Positions 20,342-27,382 of a DNA stretch of 58,670 nt are shown here, in pieces (positions within the stretch are counted from its first letter, which is position 1; each line of letters opens with the position of its first letter). The stretch is from a virus. The position numbers and the translations under genes were made by a program. The notes under the pieces were generated by a model. That model was not told the origin of the DNA, made no database searches, and saw only the letters and a program-made list of their open reading frames with translations. The stretch is from IMG/VR virus record IMGVR_UViG_3300003320_000379, positions 1 to 58,670 of that record. One strand, 5' to 3'.

Positions 20342-20521
20342 TCACGTGCCCGTGCGGTGCCACGTCCGGCACTCGCGTGCGGCCGCCTCCGACGTGTACG
20401 TGATCTGGCACGTCCCGCACGTCTGCTTCCGCTCCTCCTCCGCGCTCATCGCGCGCAGCTGCTTGATCGTCGCCACCTGCTTGGCCAGCGACTGCTTCGG
20501 CCCGTTCTTCTGCCCCGGCAT
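20342..20521 (-). CDS. small Cys-containing protein (59 aa)
   Basis: ATG 20521 after GGGGGGAGGTGAACC; MPGQKNGPKQ...TCGTCQITY...CRTWH; below the track cutoff. Confidence 0.5.
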   Translation of the reverse strand: MPGQKNGPKQSLAKQVATIKQLRAMSAEEERKQTCGTCQITYTSEAAARECRTWHRTGT

Positions 20522-20524
20522 GGT

Positions 20525-20719
20525 TCACCTCCCCCCGTTGTCGCCCCAGTGCCAGCGCTCGCACCTGTACGCGAAGCCAGGCGACCGGTAGGCCGTCCGG
20601 CAGACGAAGCACCGGCGCGGGTCGTCCAGGCCGATCTGGTGCGTCTCAGGCGCACGCGCGGGCAGCCGCCCCGAGGAACACCCCGGAGCGGCTGCCTTGC
20701 GCACGACGCGGTCCGTCAC
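20525..20719 (-). CDS. small Cys-rich protein (64 aa)
   Basis: GTGA overlap with 20716..21033; ...RRCFVCRTAYRSPGFAYRCERWHW. Confidence 0.5.
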   Translation of the reverse strand: MTDRVVRKAAAPGCSSGRLPARAPETHQIGLDDPRRCFVCRTAYRSPGFAYRCERWHWGDNGGR

Positions 20720-21033
20720 CGTATCTCGCACTGGTCGATCGGACGCCAGATCACGTCCCCCGTCTGCTTGTCCTTCAGCTTGAAGCACGGCTTTCCGTTC
20801 TTCTGACCATCGGCCAGCACCTTGTACGAGCGGCCCCGGACACCCTTCACCCACACCGTCTCGCCGTTGGCGGTCTGGGGGCGCTCCCCGCCGCCCACGC
20901 TGTCCGCGTTCAGGGCCGCGATGCACGCGCGCGAGGAACAGGCCGACCCGCCGCCCGCCTTCGTCTTGCGCCGCTTCCGGCAGTACGGGCAAATGTGCTT
21001 CGGCAGCATTTCGTTGGGGCCGTACTTGGCCAT
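20716..21033 (-). CDS. hypothetical Cys-containing protein (105 aa)
   Basis: Track ORF; ATG 21033 after AAGGGGAGAAG; CPYCRKRRK... Confidence 0.65.
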   Translation of the reverse strand: MAKYGPNEMLPKHICPYCRKRRKTKAGGGSACSSRACIAALNADSVGGGERPQTANGETVWVKGVRGRSYKVLADGQKNGKPCFKLKDKQTGDVIWRPIDQCEIR

Positions 21034-21051
21034 TTCTCTTCTCCCCTTGCG

Positions 21052-21228
21052 TTACTTGGTTTCCGCCAGCCAGGCGGTGATTTCCGCGACGGTGCCGCGC
21101 TTTTCGAAGTCGCCCCGTACGCACTTGACAGCGAAGCTGCGCGCGCCCAGCGCCTTGCCCAGCAGTTCACCCGCGCAATTCTCGTGCGGGCAGCGTTTGT
21201 GGAGTTTGTTCCAGCCTTCCTTTCCCAC
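21052..21228 (-). CDS. small protein (58 aa)
   Basis: GTG 21228 shares 1 nt with the upstream TAG; ...KRCPHENCAGELLGK...; TAA stop. Confidence 0.45.
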   Translation of the reverse strand: MGKEGWNKLHKRCPHENCAGELLGKALGARSFAVKCVRGDFEKRGTVAEITAWLAETK

Positions 21229-21365
21229 TAGCGCGTCTTCTTTCGCGGCTTGACGACCTTCACGAAGGCGCGGCACATCGCGCACCACCACTTGCCGTCC
21301 ATCCGGTGCGCGGTGGCGCTGCACTTCGCGCACCAGCGCTCCGTGCTTTCCACGGCTCCGGCCAC
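21228..21365 (-). CDS. zinc-ribbon mini-protein (45 aa)
   Basis: GTG 21365 lies 5 nt after a GGGAGG RBS; VAGAVESTERWCAKCSATAHRMDGKWWCAMCRAFV... (CxxC...CxxC). Confidence 0.55.
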   Translation of the reverse strand: MAGAVESTERWCAKCSATAHRMDGKWWCAMCRAFVKVVKPRKKTR

Positions 21366-21367
21366 TT

Positions 21368-21646
21368 CTACCTCCCGTTGATCATTTCGATTGCAGCCCA
21401 GACCATCCCAGCGACGAAGGGGATAGCCACGATGATGGCAGCCCAGATGAGCGCCAGGCGTACCGCGCGCCCGGTGGTGCGGTAATCGGGCAGCGGCGTG
21501 AGCTGGACGGTTGCCGGGTGCAGACGAGCGGCAATCACCGGCCCGCACTCGGGACACACCAGCTGGTCATACGGCGCGTTGCGGGAGTCGAGCCCGGCCA
21601 GGCGGACGTAGGCCCGGCTCCCGCAGTACGCGCAGCGCGCTTTCAC
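21368..21646 (-). CDS. zinc-ribbon plus C-terminal TM protein (92 aa)
   Basis: CAYC...CPEC, then LALIWAAIIVAIPFVAGMVWAAI; GTGA overlap with 21643..22176. Confidence 0.6.
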   Translation of the reverse strand: MKARCAYCGSRAYVRLAGLDSRNAPYDQLVCPECGPVIAARLHPATVQLTPLPDYRTTGRAVRLALIWAAIIVAIPFVAGMVWAAIEMINGR

Positions 21647-22176
21647 CGGCGGAGCGCCTTCCGCAGGTCGGCCTCCGTCGTCCAGAGCTTCACCACGGCG
21701 CCCGTCCAGCGCACGGAGGCGTAGGGCAGGGCGCGCTTCAGCTTGGCGGTGAGCCGCAGGGCGGCGTCCTGGTTCTCGACCTCCACGCGGGCGTTCAGCC
21801 GGTCGCCGTCGCCGTGCTCCACGCTAGCCGTCGGCTCGCCGGTCACCTCGTCGATCAGGTCGGCGAAGACGTGCGTGGCGGGGCGCTCGCCGGGCAGCGG
21901 CTCCGGCGAGGTGGCCTCCCGGGCGCGACGCTCCAGCTCGCTCTCCGCCTCCGCCTTGTCCGCGTAGACGTTGACGATCACGGGGTCGTAACCGTCGGCG
22001 GTGTCCAGGTACTCGTGGGTGTCGCTGGCCCAGTCGTGGGACTCCAGCACGAACATGTCCCCGGCCGCCGTCTGCAGGGTGTAGATCCGGCCCAGCAGGG
22101 TGGCGTGCTCCGCGTTGCCCACGTAGTAGGTGCTGAACGTGGCGTTCGCTTCCAGGTCCTTGTGCTTGGCGTACAT
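21643..22176 (-). CDS. hypothetical protein (177 aa)
   Basis: ATG 22176 (MYAKHKDLEANATF...) after ...GGGAACAACGAACCACGGAGGACCCGCG; 42 nt from module 22219-22247. Confidence 0.7.
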   Translation of the reverse strand: MYAKHKDLEANATFSTYYVGNAEHATLLGRIYTLQTAAGDMFVLESHDWASDTHEYLDTADGYDPVIVNVYADKAEAESELERRAREATSPEPLPGERPATHVFADLIDEVTGEPTASVEHGDGDRLNARVEVENQDAALRLTAKLKRALPYASVRWTGAVVKLWTTEADLRKALRR

Positions 22177-22218
22177 CGCGGGTCCTCCGTGGTTCGTTGT
22201 TCCCTTGGCCTGAACATG

Positions 22219-22247
22219 ACAATACCCCCCAGTGGGGGGCATGTCAA
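22219..22247 (-). promoter_or_regulatory. promoter-like module copy
   Basis: minus strand TTGACATGCCCCCCACTGGGGGGTATTGT. Confidence 0.65.
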
Positions 22248-22256
22248 CCTCTCTTC

Positions 22257-22451
22257 TCAGATCCGCTTACCGTCCTGCCACGTCTGCACGTGCGTCCGGC
22301 CGCCCCCTTGCAGGATGCGCACCACCCGGCCCGGCCACTTCCGCGTGTGCGCCCGCGCCAGCCTGCACGCGTCCGCCAGCGTCATCTCCTCCCCGCCGTC
22401 CAGCAGGACGCCCGTCTCCACGATCTCCACCACGCACAGCTGGGTGGGCAT
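22257..22451 (-). CDS. small paralog family member D (64 aa; alternative GTG start 22457)
   Basis: ...GRVVRILQGGGRTHVQTWQDGK shares the V-x-V...G...W-x-DG C-terminal pattern with 19214..19820. Confidence 0.55.
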   Translation of the reverse strand: MPTQLCVVEIVETGVLLDGGEEMTLADACRLARAHTRKWPGRVVRILQGGGRTHVQTWQDGKRI

Positions 22452-22933
22452 CAGCACGCCTCCGCGCTGTCGTGCGGCTCTGGATTGTCCACCGGGATCA
22501 CCGACCAGGACTCGATCTCGTCACGCCCGAAGCGCTCGTCATCGGAGCCGTCCCCCAGGGACCAGGTCACCCGGCCGCCGGAGCGCAGCGCCATCATGAT
22601 CCGGCGGCGGACGCAACACGGCGCCATGCACACCATGCCCCGCCGCTGGCGCCCGTCTTTCAGGTCCAGCACCACGTAGCTGTGCTTCGGCTGCCGCCAG
22701 TGGACCAGGGCCCAGGCCACCCCTGCGAGGAACTGGATCAGCGCGGACCCCAGGATGAGCCACAGGGGCGACAGCAGCATGTTCACGAGCACCGTCACGG
22801 CGCCGTAGTCGCGGCCGGTGATCAGCCACAGCACGGGCGGGATGGACGCGCCGATCACGAGCATGACGCGCCCGCTTTTCGTCATGAACAGCTCCCGGGC
22901 GATCTCCCGGAGCCCGGTCAGCAGCGACTTCAC
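22451..22933 (-). CDS. membrane protein (160 aa, ~3 TM)
   Basis: GTGA overlap with 22930..23160; VMLVIGASIPPVLWLI..., VLVNMLLSPLWLILGSALIQFLAGVAWALV. Confidence 0.6.
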   Translation of the reverse strand: MKSLLTGLREIARELFMTKSGRVMLVIGASIPPVLWLITGRDYGAVTVLVNMLLSPLWLILGSALIQFLAGVAWALVHWRQPKHSYVVLDLKDGRQRRGMVCMAPCCVRRRIMMALRSGGRVTWSLGDGSDDERFGRDEIESWSVIPVDNPEPHDSAEAC

Positions 22934-23160
22934 TTCACGCTCCACGTGTCGTAGTCGTCCAGGCGGACGGTGACGTTCTTGGCCCGGTTCAGGTCCCAGA
23001 ACGTCATCTTGTGCTGGCGGCCTTCCAGGGCCGTCTGGATCTGGTTGCGCACTTCCGACGGACGCCCGTGCACAAGCACGGTCACGGGCGCGCCGGACGG
23101 CGGCCGGAAGGTCACCGTGCTGGTGTGCTTCGTCGTGTGGTGCCGACGCTTGTCCGGCAT
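22930..23160 (-). CDS. hypothetical basic protein (76 aa)
   Basis: ATG 23160 after GGAAGAGGGGATGGA; MPDKRRHHTTKHTSTVTF... Confidence 0.55.
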   Translation of the reverse strand: MPDKRRHHTTKHTSTVTFRPPSGAPVTVLVHGRPSEVRNQIQTALEGRQHKMTFWDLNRAKNVTVRLDDYDTWSVK

Positions 23161-23213
23161 TCCATCCCCTCTTCCGTGGATTCTTCGGCTCCGCCTCGTG
23201 GCCAAGCCGGACA

Positions 23214-23245
23214 ATCCCCGGCCGGAAGGCTCTCCGGCCGGGGAT
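23214..23245 (-). terminator. GC-rich hairpin (13-bp stem, 6-nt loop)
   Basis: atccccggccgga / tccggccggggat after the stop at 23253; followed on the minus strand by TTGTCCGGCTT. Confidence 0.5.
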
Positions 23246-23252
23246 ACTTCGG

Positions 23253-23612
23253 TCAGGCCGCGTTACCGACCTCTTCCACCCAGTCCACCGTGAGCTGGCG
23301 GACCGCGTAGGCCAGGGCGTCGCGCTGCCGGTCGGCGCGGAAGTACTCCAGCACCTCGTACTGGCCGCGCGGGCTCCGGCTGCTGGTGCCCGGCGCCGCC
23401 ACGATCCACTGCTTACGGATCTCGTGCCAGCGCACGATGTAGAACCGCAGCTCCCCGCCCTCGACGGCCTGCACCGTGACGTTGAAGTACGCCGGGCCGG
23501 TCTGCCGGATCTTGGCCACAGTCCCGGCGGCGGCCTGCTGCGGCAGGATCGCGGTGGCGCCAAGGGCCGGGACGGCGAAGGTGAGCGGGCGGTGGGCGTT
23601 GGTGCGGTACAT
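23253..23612 (-). CDS. hypothetical protein (119 aa)
   Basis: ATG 23612 after ...CATCAGGAACAACCCACCAGGGAAGGACCATCACC; 41 nt from module 23654-23682. Confidence 0.7.
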   Translation of the reverse strand: MYRTNAHRPLTFAVPALGATAILPQQAAAGTVAKIRQTGPAYFNVTVQAVEGGELRFYIVRWHEIRKQWIVAAPGTSSRSPRGQYEVLEYFRADRQRDALAYAVRQLTVDWVEEVGNAA

Positions 23613-23653
23613 GGTGATGGTCCTTCCCTGGTGGGTTGTTCCTGATGAGAGAG

Positions 23654-23682
23654 ACTTTACCCCCCGGCGGGGGGTATGTCAA
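23654..23682 (-). promoter_or_regulatory. promoter-like module copy
   Basis: minus strand TTGACATACCCCCCGCCGGGGGGTAAAGT. Confidence 0.65.
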
Positions 23683-23701
23683 CCCTCCGCCGGGGGGCCG
23701 A

Positions 23702-23977
23702 TCAGGCCGACTTCCGGGCCGCCAGGCGTTCCAGGCGCGCCAGGTAGTGGCGGATCTTCGCTTCCGCCGTCGGCCGGTCCAGGGTCAAGCCGTGCGCGAA
23801 CGCGTTGGACCCGGCGAAGCACGACCGGCCGCCACCCTCGGGGCGGCAGTCGATGATGTAGGTAGTGTTCACCGTCCGGGACGGGTGCATGAGATCACGG
23901 GCCGCCGTCTCCGTGACGAAGATTTGATCCTGCAGCAGACCCTGAAAGGTGATCTCGGTGTCCTGGTCGTTGCTCAT
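23702..23977 (-). CDS. hypothetical protein (91 aa)
   Basis: ATG 23977 after ...TATCAGGAACGACGACCACGGAGGACCGG; 35 nt from module 24013-24042. Confidence 0.7.
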   Translation of the reverse strand: MSNDQDTEITFQGLLQDQIFVTETAARDLMHPSRTVNTTYIIDCRPEGGGRSCFAGSNAFAHGLTLDRPTAEAKIRHYLARLERLAARKSA

Positions 23978-24012
23978 CCGGTCCTCCGTGGTCGTCGTTC
24001 CTGATAGAGAAG

Positions 24013-24042
24013 ACTCTACCCCCCAGTGAGGGGTAGAGTCAA
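24013..24042 (-). promoter_or_regulatory. promoter-like module copy, extended-palindrome variant
   Basis: minus strand TTGACTCTACCCCTCACTGGGGGGTAGAGT; 10-bp arms ACTCTACCCC / GGGGTAGAGT. Confidence 0.6.
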
Positions 24043-24046
24043 GTCC

Positions 24047-24169
24047 CTACTTCGCGTTCTTGTCGGAGACCCACTTCGCGCAGCGCGGACACCACCACCG
24101 GCCGCCCTTGCGCTACAGGAACCGGCCGCACCCGGACTTCGGGCAGCGCGGTGGCCTAACGTTGCTCAC
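24047..24169 (-). pseudogene. zinc-ribbon mini-ORF interrupted by an in-frame TAG
   Basis: VSNVRPPRCPKSGCGRFL*RKGGRWWCPRCAKWVSDKNAK*, with the internal TAG at 24113-24115. The two halves together align with the intact paralog at 21228..21365 (...GKWWCAMCRAFV). Confidence 0.45.
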
Positions 24170-24320
24170 CCTGCACCGCCTTCACGTGGTCCGCGTGCAG
24201 CGGCTCCAGCGCCTCACGCTTGCGGCCGCCGACGCCCACCCACTTGCGGCACGTGCAGGTGCCCGTCCACTGGCCGTCCGGCTGCTGGGTGGCGATCAGC
24301 TTGTGCCGCTGCTCCGTCAC
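24156..24320 (-). CDS. small protein (54 aa)
   Basis: GTGA overlap with 24317..24949; VTEQRHKLIATQQPDGQWTGTCTCRKWVGVGGRKREALEPLHADHVKAVQGEQR; below the track cutoff. Confidence 0.5.
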   Translation of the reverse strand: MTEQRHKLIATQQPDGQWTGTCTCRKWVGVGGRKREALEPLHADHVKAVQGEQR

Positions 24321-24949
24321 CGCGCCAGCACCTCGTCCAGGGCCTCCATGACGCGCTGGGTGCTCAGCGGCCGCCCCTCCAGGGCGCCGGTGACGAACTT
24401 CTCCACCTTGTCGCGCTGGGTGAGGTAGCCGTCACGCGTGGCCTGCCGCAGGGAGCGACCGCCCGCCGGGCTGTCCATCACGGAGACCGGCTCCGGGTCG
24501 CCCAGGTAGTCCTGGCGCCGGAGGCTGCCCAGGATGCGTGCGACCAGCTCACCGGCGCGGTTCTGGTGGTCGAACTTGCGCGGGTCCACCTCCCACTGGT
24601 TCATGAACCCCTCCACGACCCCCTGCAGGTGTTCGGCCAGCTTGTCCAGGTGCACCTCCAGCGTGGACGCCGGGACGGGCTCCTGGGCCATCTGGGCGCC
24701 GTTCTCGGGGGTCTGCGCGCGCTCGCCGCCGTCCACGCACGGGCGCAGCCGGGCGAGGGCGACGACGTAGCGGAGGGTGTGGCTACCCGGCATGAGTACG
24801 AACAGCTCGCCCCGGGACGCCAGCGGCAGCGCGTCGCCGTCCGGCAGCATGGCCAGCAGCGTGCGCAGCTCGTGCTCCGTGAGCGCGATGGACAGGTCGT
24901 CCGGCTCCGGCACCTGCAGGGCCTCGCCATCGAAGTCGATCATGGGCAT
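24317..24949 (-). CDS. hypothetical protein (210 aa)
   Basis: ATG 24949 (MPMIDFDGEALQVPEPDD...), 2 nt after the upstream stop. Confidence 0.65.
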   Translation of the reverse strand: MPMIDFDGEALQVPEPDDLSIALTEHELRTLLAMLPDGDALPLASRGELFVLMPGSHTLRYVVALARLRPCVDGGERAQTPENGAQMAQEPVPASTLEVHLDKLAEHLQGVVEGFMNQWEVDPRKFDHQNRAGELVARILGSLRRQDYLGDPEPVSVMDSPAGGRSLRQATRDGYLTQRDKVEKFVTGALEGRPLSTQRVMEALDEVLAR

Positions 24950-24951
24950 GG

Positions 24952-25467
24952 TCAGTACTCCTCGTTCGGTTCGCGCAGGACGTACGCCTGCATGTCGAGC
25001 CAGGCCGCCAGCTGGGCGGCCCCGTACTCGCTCACCAGGCCGCTGCGCATGAGCAGGGTCTGGATGTTCTGGTGGTCCAGCCGGACGCCGTAGTCGGGGA
25101 AGCTGTAGCCGTCGGCGCTGTTCTCGCCGTCGCTCTCGTCGTGCTGGCCCGGGTCGGCGCACATGAACTCCGCGCCGCCGCACCCCTCGCACTTGTGGAG
25201 TCCGGCCAGGTGGTCCGCCGGGTTGCCGCCGCCCACCTCTCGGGCGCCGGTGTGCTGGATCGGGCCGCCCACCTTCAGCGGCTCCGCGCGCAGGATGGCC
25301 AGCTGGGCGAGCGCCCACGCGGCGTCGGCGCCGGTCGCGTCGGAGTCGATCGCGAACGAGCCGTGCTCGCCGCTGGCGTGCGTCAGGGGGATGGTGCGCG
25401 GGTCGAAGCCGTTCGCGGACAGCTTGATCAGCTTGTCCAGCTCGTCCTGGCTGATGGGGACGTGCAT
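24952..25467 (-). CDS. hypothetical protein (171 aa), N-terminal paralog of 25470..25835
   Basis: Track ORF; MHVPISQDELDKLIKLS...DATGADAAWALAQLAILRAE. Confidence 0.65.
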   Translation of the reverse strand: MHVPISQDELDKLIKLSANGFDPRTIPLTHASGEHGSFAIDSDATGADAAWALAQLAILRAEPLKVGGPIQHTGAREVGGGNPADHLAGLHKCEGCGGAEFMCADPGQHDESDGENSADGYSFPDYGVRLDHQNIQTLLMRSGLVSEYGAAQLAAWLDMQAYVLREPNEEY

Positions 25468-25469
25468 GG

Positions 25470-25835
25470 TCAGCCTTCCTTCCGGAGGACGGTGAACCCG
25501 GCCGCCTGCAGCGCCTCGAACACGGCGGTGGTGATCTTGTGACCCAGGTCGTTGGTGACGCGGTCGACGAGCGCGGGCGCCTGGCCCACGAACGTCTCCG
25601 TCAGCCCTTCGTGCAGCGTGTCGGTGACGGCGGTCTCCACGGCGCGGTTCAGCTCACCGGCCAGGTTGCGCTGCTCCGCGCGCATGGCGCGCAAGGTCTT
25701 GATCGCCCAGGCGGCGCCCATGTCGGTGTCGTCCAGGGCGACCCCGCCGGGGCCGAAGCTCAGCGGGACGTACTGCCCGAGGGGGCCGGACTTCTCCAGC
25801 AGGGCGGTGCTCTCCGCCTCGCTGATCGGGATCAT
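25470..25835 (-). CDS. hypothetical protein (121 aa; alternative GTG start 25841)
   Basis: MIPISEAESTALLEKS...DTDMGAAWAIKTLRAMRAE; GGAG RBS upstream. Confidence 0.6.
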   Translation of the reverse strand: MIPISEAESTALLEKSGPLGQYVPLSFGPGGVALDDTDMGAAWAIKTLRAMRAEQRNLAGELNRAVETAVTDTLHEGLTETFVGQAPALVDRVTNDLGHKITTAVFEALQAAGFTVLRKEG

Positions 25836-25837
25836 GG

Positions 25838-26140
25838 TCACGGGATCTCCAGTTCGGTTTCGTCGGTGTGGTGCTCCACCCAGCAGTGCTGGCCCGCCGC
25901 GTCGCTGCACACCTTCTCGTCCCAGCCGGTGCGCAGGTCCTGCACCTGGCTGGTGTCGAGCACGGCGCAGTCGTTGAAGAACTCGTCCGGGCTGGTGGTG
26001 CACTCGGGGGCGGGGGCCTGCAGCGCGTGCCCGGTGATCGTCGGCTGGTAGCTGGTGCTGGCCTGGTAGAGGCCGATCACGAGCAGGGTGGCCATGGCCG
26101 GGACGATGAGCCAGCCGACGATCTGGGCGACGATCCGCAT
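25838..26140 (-). CDS. membrane-anchored Cys-containing protein (100 aa)
   Basis: ATG 26140 after ...GCGAACAACCACCCAGGGAGAACGCA; N-terminal TM IVAQIVGWLIVPAMATLLVIGLY. Confidence 0.65.
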   Translation of the reverse strand: MRIVAQIVGWLIVPAMATLLVIGLYQASTSYQPTITGHALQAPAPECTTSPDEFFNDCAVLDTSQVQDLRTGWDEKVCSDAAGQHCWVEHHTDETELEIP

Positions 26141-26175
26141 TGCGTTCTCCCTGGGTGGTTGTTCGCTGTACCCAG

Positions 26176-26205
26176 AGATTACCCCCCACTGGGGGGTGTT
26201 GTCAA
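26176..26205 (-). promoter_or_regulatory. promoter-like module copy
   Basis: minus strand TTGACAACACCCCCCAGTGGGGGGTAATCT; the upstream gene's TGA lies inside the TTGACA. Confidence 0.6.
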
Positions 26206-26678
26206 CTCCCGCCCGACTTCCCGCCGGACCCGCTCCCCGCCTTCCCTGCCGCGCCCGCCTTGGACCCGCCCGCCGTCCCCGACTTGATCCCGAAGCCACC
26301 GCGCTGCACGTCCGACACCTTGCCGCCCGTCTTCGGCGTCCCCTTGGCCACCGGCGCGCCCTTCGGCACCCGCGTGACGGCCGGACTCCGGTCGGGGAGG
26401 TGGCCGCCCACCGGCGGGATGTAAGCGTTGGACGCGGACATGGGCATCCAGAGGAAGTACGTCCCGGCGACGTGGCCCACCCCGTCGTCGTCCCAGTCCC
26501 CACACGCGTCGTCGTCCAGCCGGTTTCCGGTGCGCTGGTCGACGCACACGGCGGCGTACTGGGCGTCCGGGGTGTCGTCGTCCAGGTCCCAGTCCGCGCA
26601 GCCGGAGAGCAGGAACAGGGCGCCCGCGATCCCCGCGTAGCCGAGTACGGGCGCCCGGCCCTGCAGCCGCCGCGTCAT
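26202..26678 (-). CDS. predicted secreted lipoprotein (158 aa)
   Basis: ATGA overlap with 26675..27382; signal peptide plus lipobox MTRRLQGRAPVLGYAGIAGALFLLSGC; Gly/Lys-rich tail. Confidence 0.6.
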   Translation of the reverse strand: MTRRLQGRAPVLGYAGIAGALFLLSGCADWDLDDDTPDAQYAAVCVDQRTGNRLDDDACGDWDDDGVGHVAGTYFLWMPMSASNAYIPPVGGHLPDRSPAVTRVPKGAPVAKGTPKTGGKVSDVQRGGFGIKSGTAGGSKAGAAGKAGSGSGGKSGGS

Positions 26679-27382
26679 GACAGCTCCGCGCAGGACGGCA
26701 GGCCGTGGGGCTCCCCGGCGAGGCGCTGGCAGTTGCTGCAGATCTCCGCGTCCACCCTGCCGTACGGCACGACGGGCGGCGCCCCGAAGCGCTCCGCCCA
26801 GCGCTGCTGGCTGGCCAGCAGGTCGTCCGGCTGCACGTACGGCTTGAACAGGCAGCCGTCGGCGCCGGGCTCGTGCGCGTCGTGTCCGCCGTTGCACCTG
26901 CAGGTGTTCGTCCTGCCGGGGCGCTGCTCCACCAGTTCGCGCAGGCCGTCAACGAGCTGGGCCTGGGCAGCGTGAAGCGCGGGCACCATCTGTTCGGCGA
27001 AGCGCTGGATACCTTCGGCGGCGGAGACCATGGTGCGTTCGACGGCGTCGGCGAGGTTGCGTGCCTGTTCGGGGGTGATGACGGGCAGGTTCAGGTTTAC
27101 CCGCACGGTTTGCCCCTCACCCTCGCTGGGGGGTGTTTCCTCCACGGTGGCCGTCTGCCCTTCCTGTGCCACCCATCCGTCGAACCCGGCCAGCGTCAGG
27201 ACGTCGTAGGCGTTGACCATCTCCGGCGAGTGCTCACGCATCACGTGCGCCTGCCACTCCCACTGCAGGGAGCGCGAGACGTGCGTCAGCAGCGTGTCCC
27301 GGACGGTGTCCGTCAGGCCGCCGGGCAGCTCCACCCAGCGGTGCCACTCGCACAGGGGGCAGGTCTGCCGGGCCGCGCTCAC
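26675..27382 (-). CDS. hypothetical protein (235 aa)
   Basis: Track ORF; GTGA overlap with 27379..28593; N-terminal CPLCEWH. Confidence 0.65.
   Translation of the reverse strand: MSAARQTCPLCEWHRWVELPGGLTDTVRDTLLTHVSRSLQWEWQAHVMREHSPEMVNAYDVLTLAGFDGWVAQEGQTATVEETPPSEGEGQTVRVNLNLPVITPEQARNLADAVERTMVSAAEGIQRFAEQMVPALHAAQAQLVDGLRELVEQRPGRTNTCRCNGGHDAHEPGADGCLFKPYVQPDDLLASQQRWAERFGAPPVVPYGRVDAEICSNCQRLAGEPHGLPSCAELS

Noticed and set aside
22451-23563. 370-aa minus-strand ORF, with similar over-long ORFs at 16739..17692, 15833..16645, 29729..30787, 24317..25318, 46675..48297 and 26202..26897
   Set aside because: In each case only the 3' part is coding, and its start is defined by a 4-nt overlap with the upstream gene's stop. 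The 5' extensions overlap neighbouring genes out of frame and are compositionally aberrant.
24113-24115. Genome-wide amber (TAG) reassignment or suppression as the explanation for the interrupted zinc-ribbon ORF
   Set aside because: TAG is the apparent genuine stop of many well-delimited genes here, for example at 11893, 13802, 18793, 20023, 21228, 21368, 24156, 28986, 37743, 49065 and 52779. No anticodon loop with CUA was found in the tRNA-like module. A pseudogene is the simpler reading.
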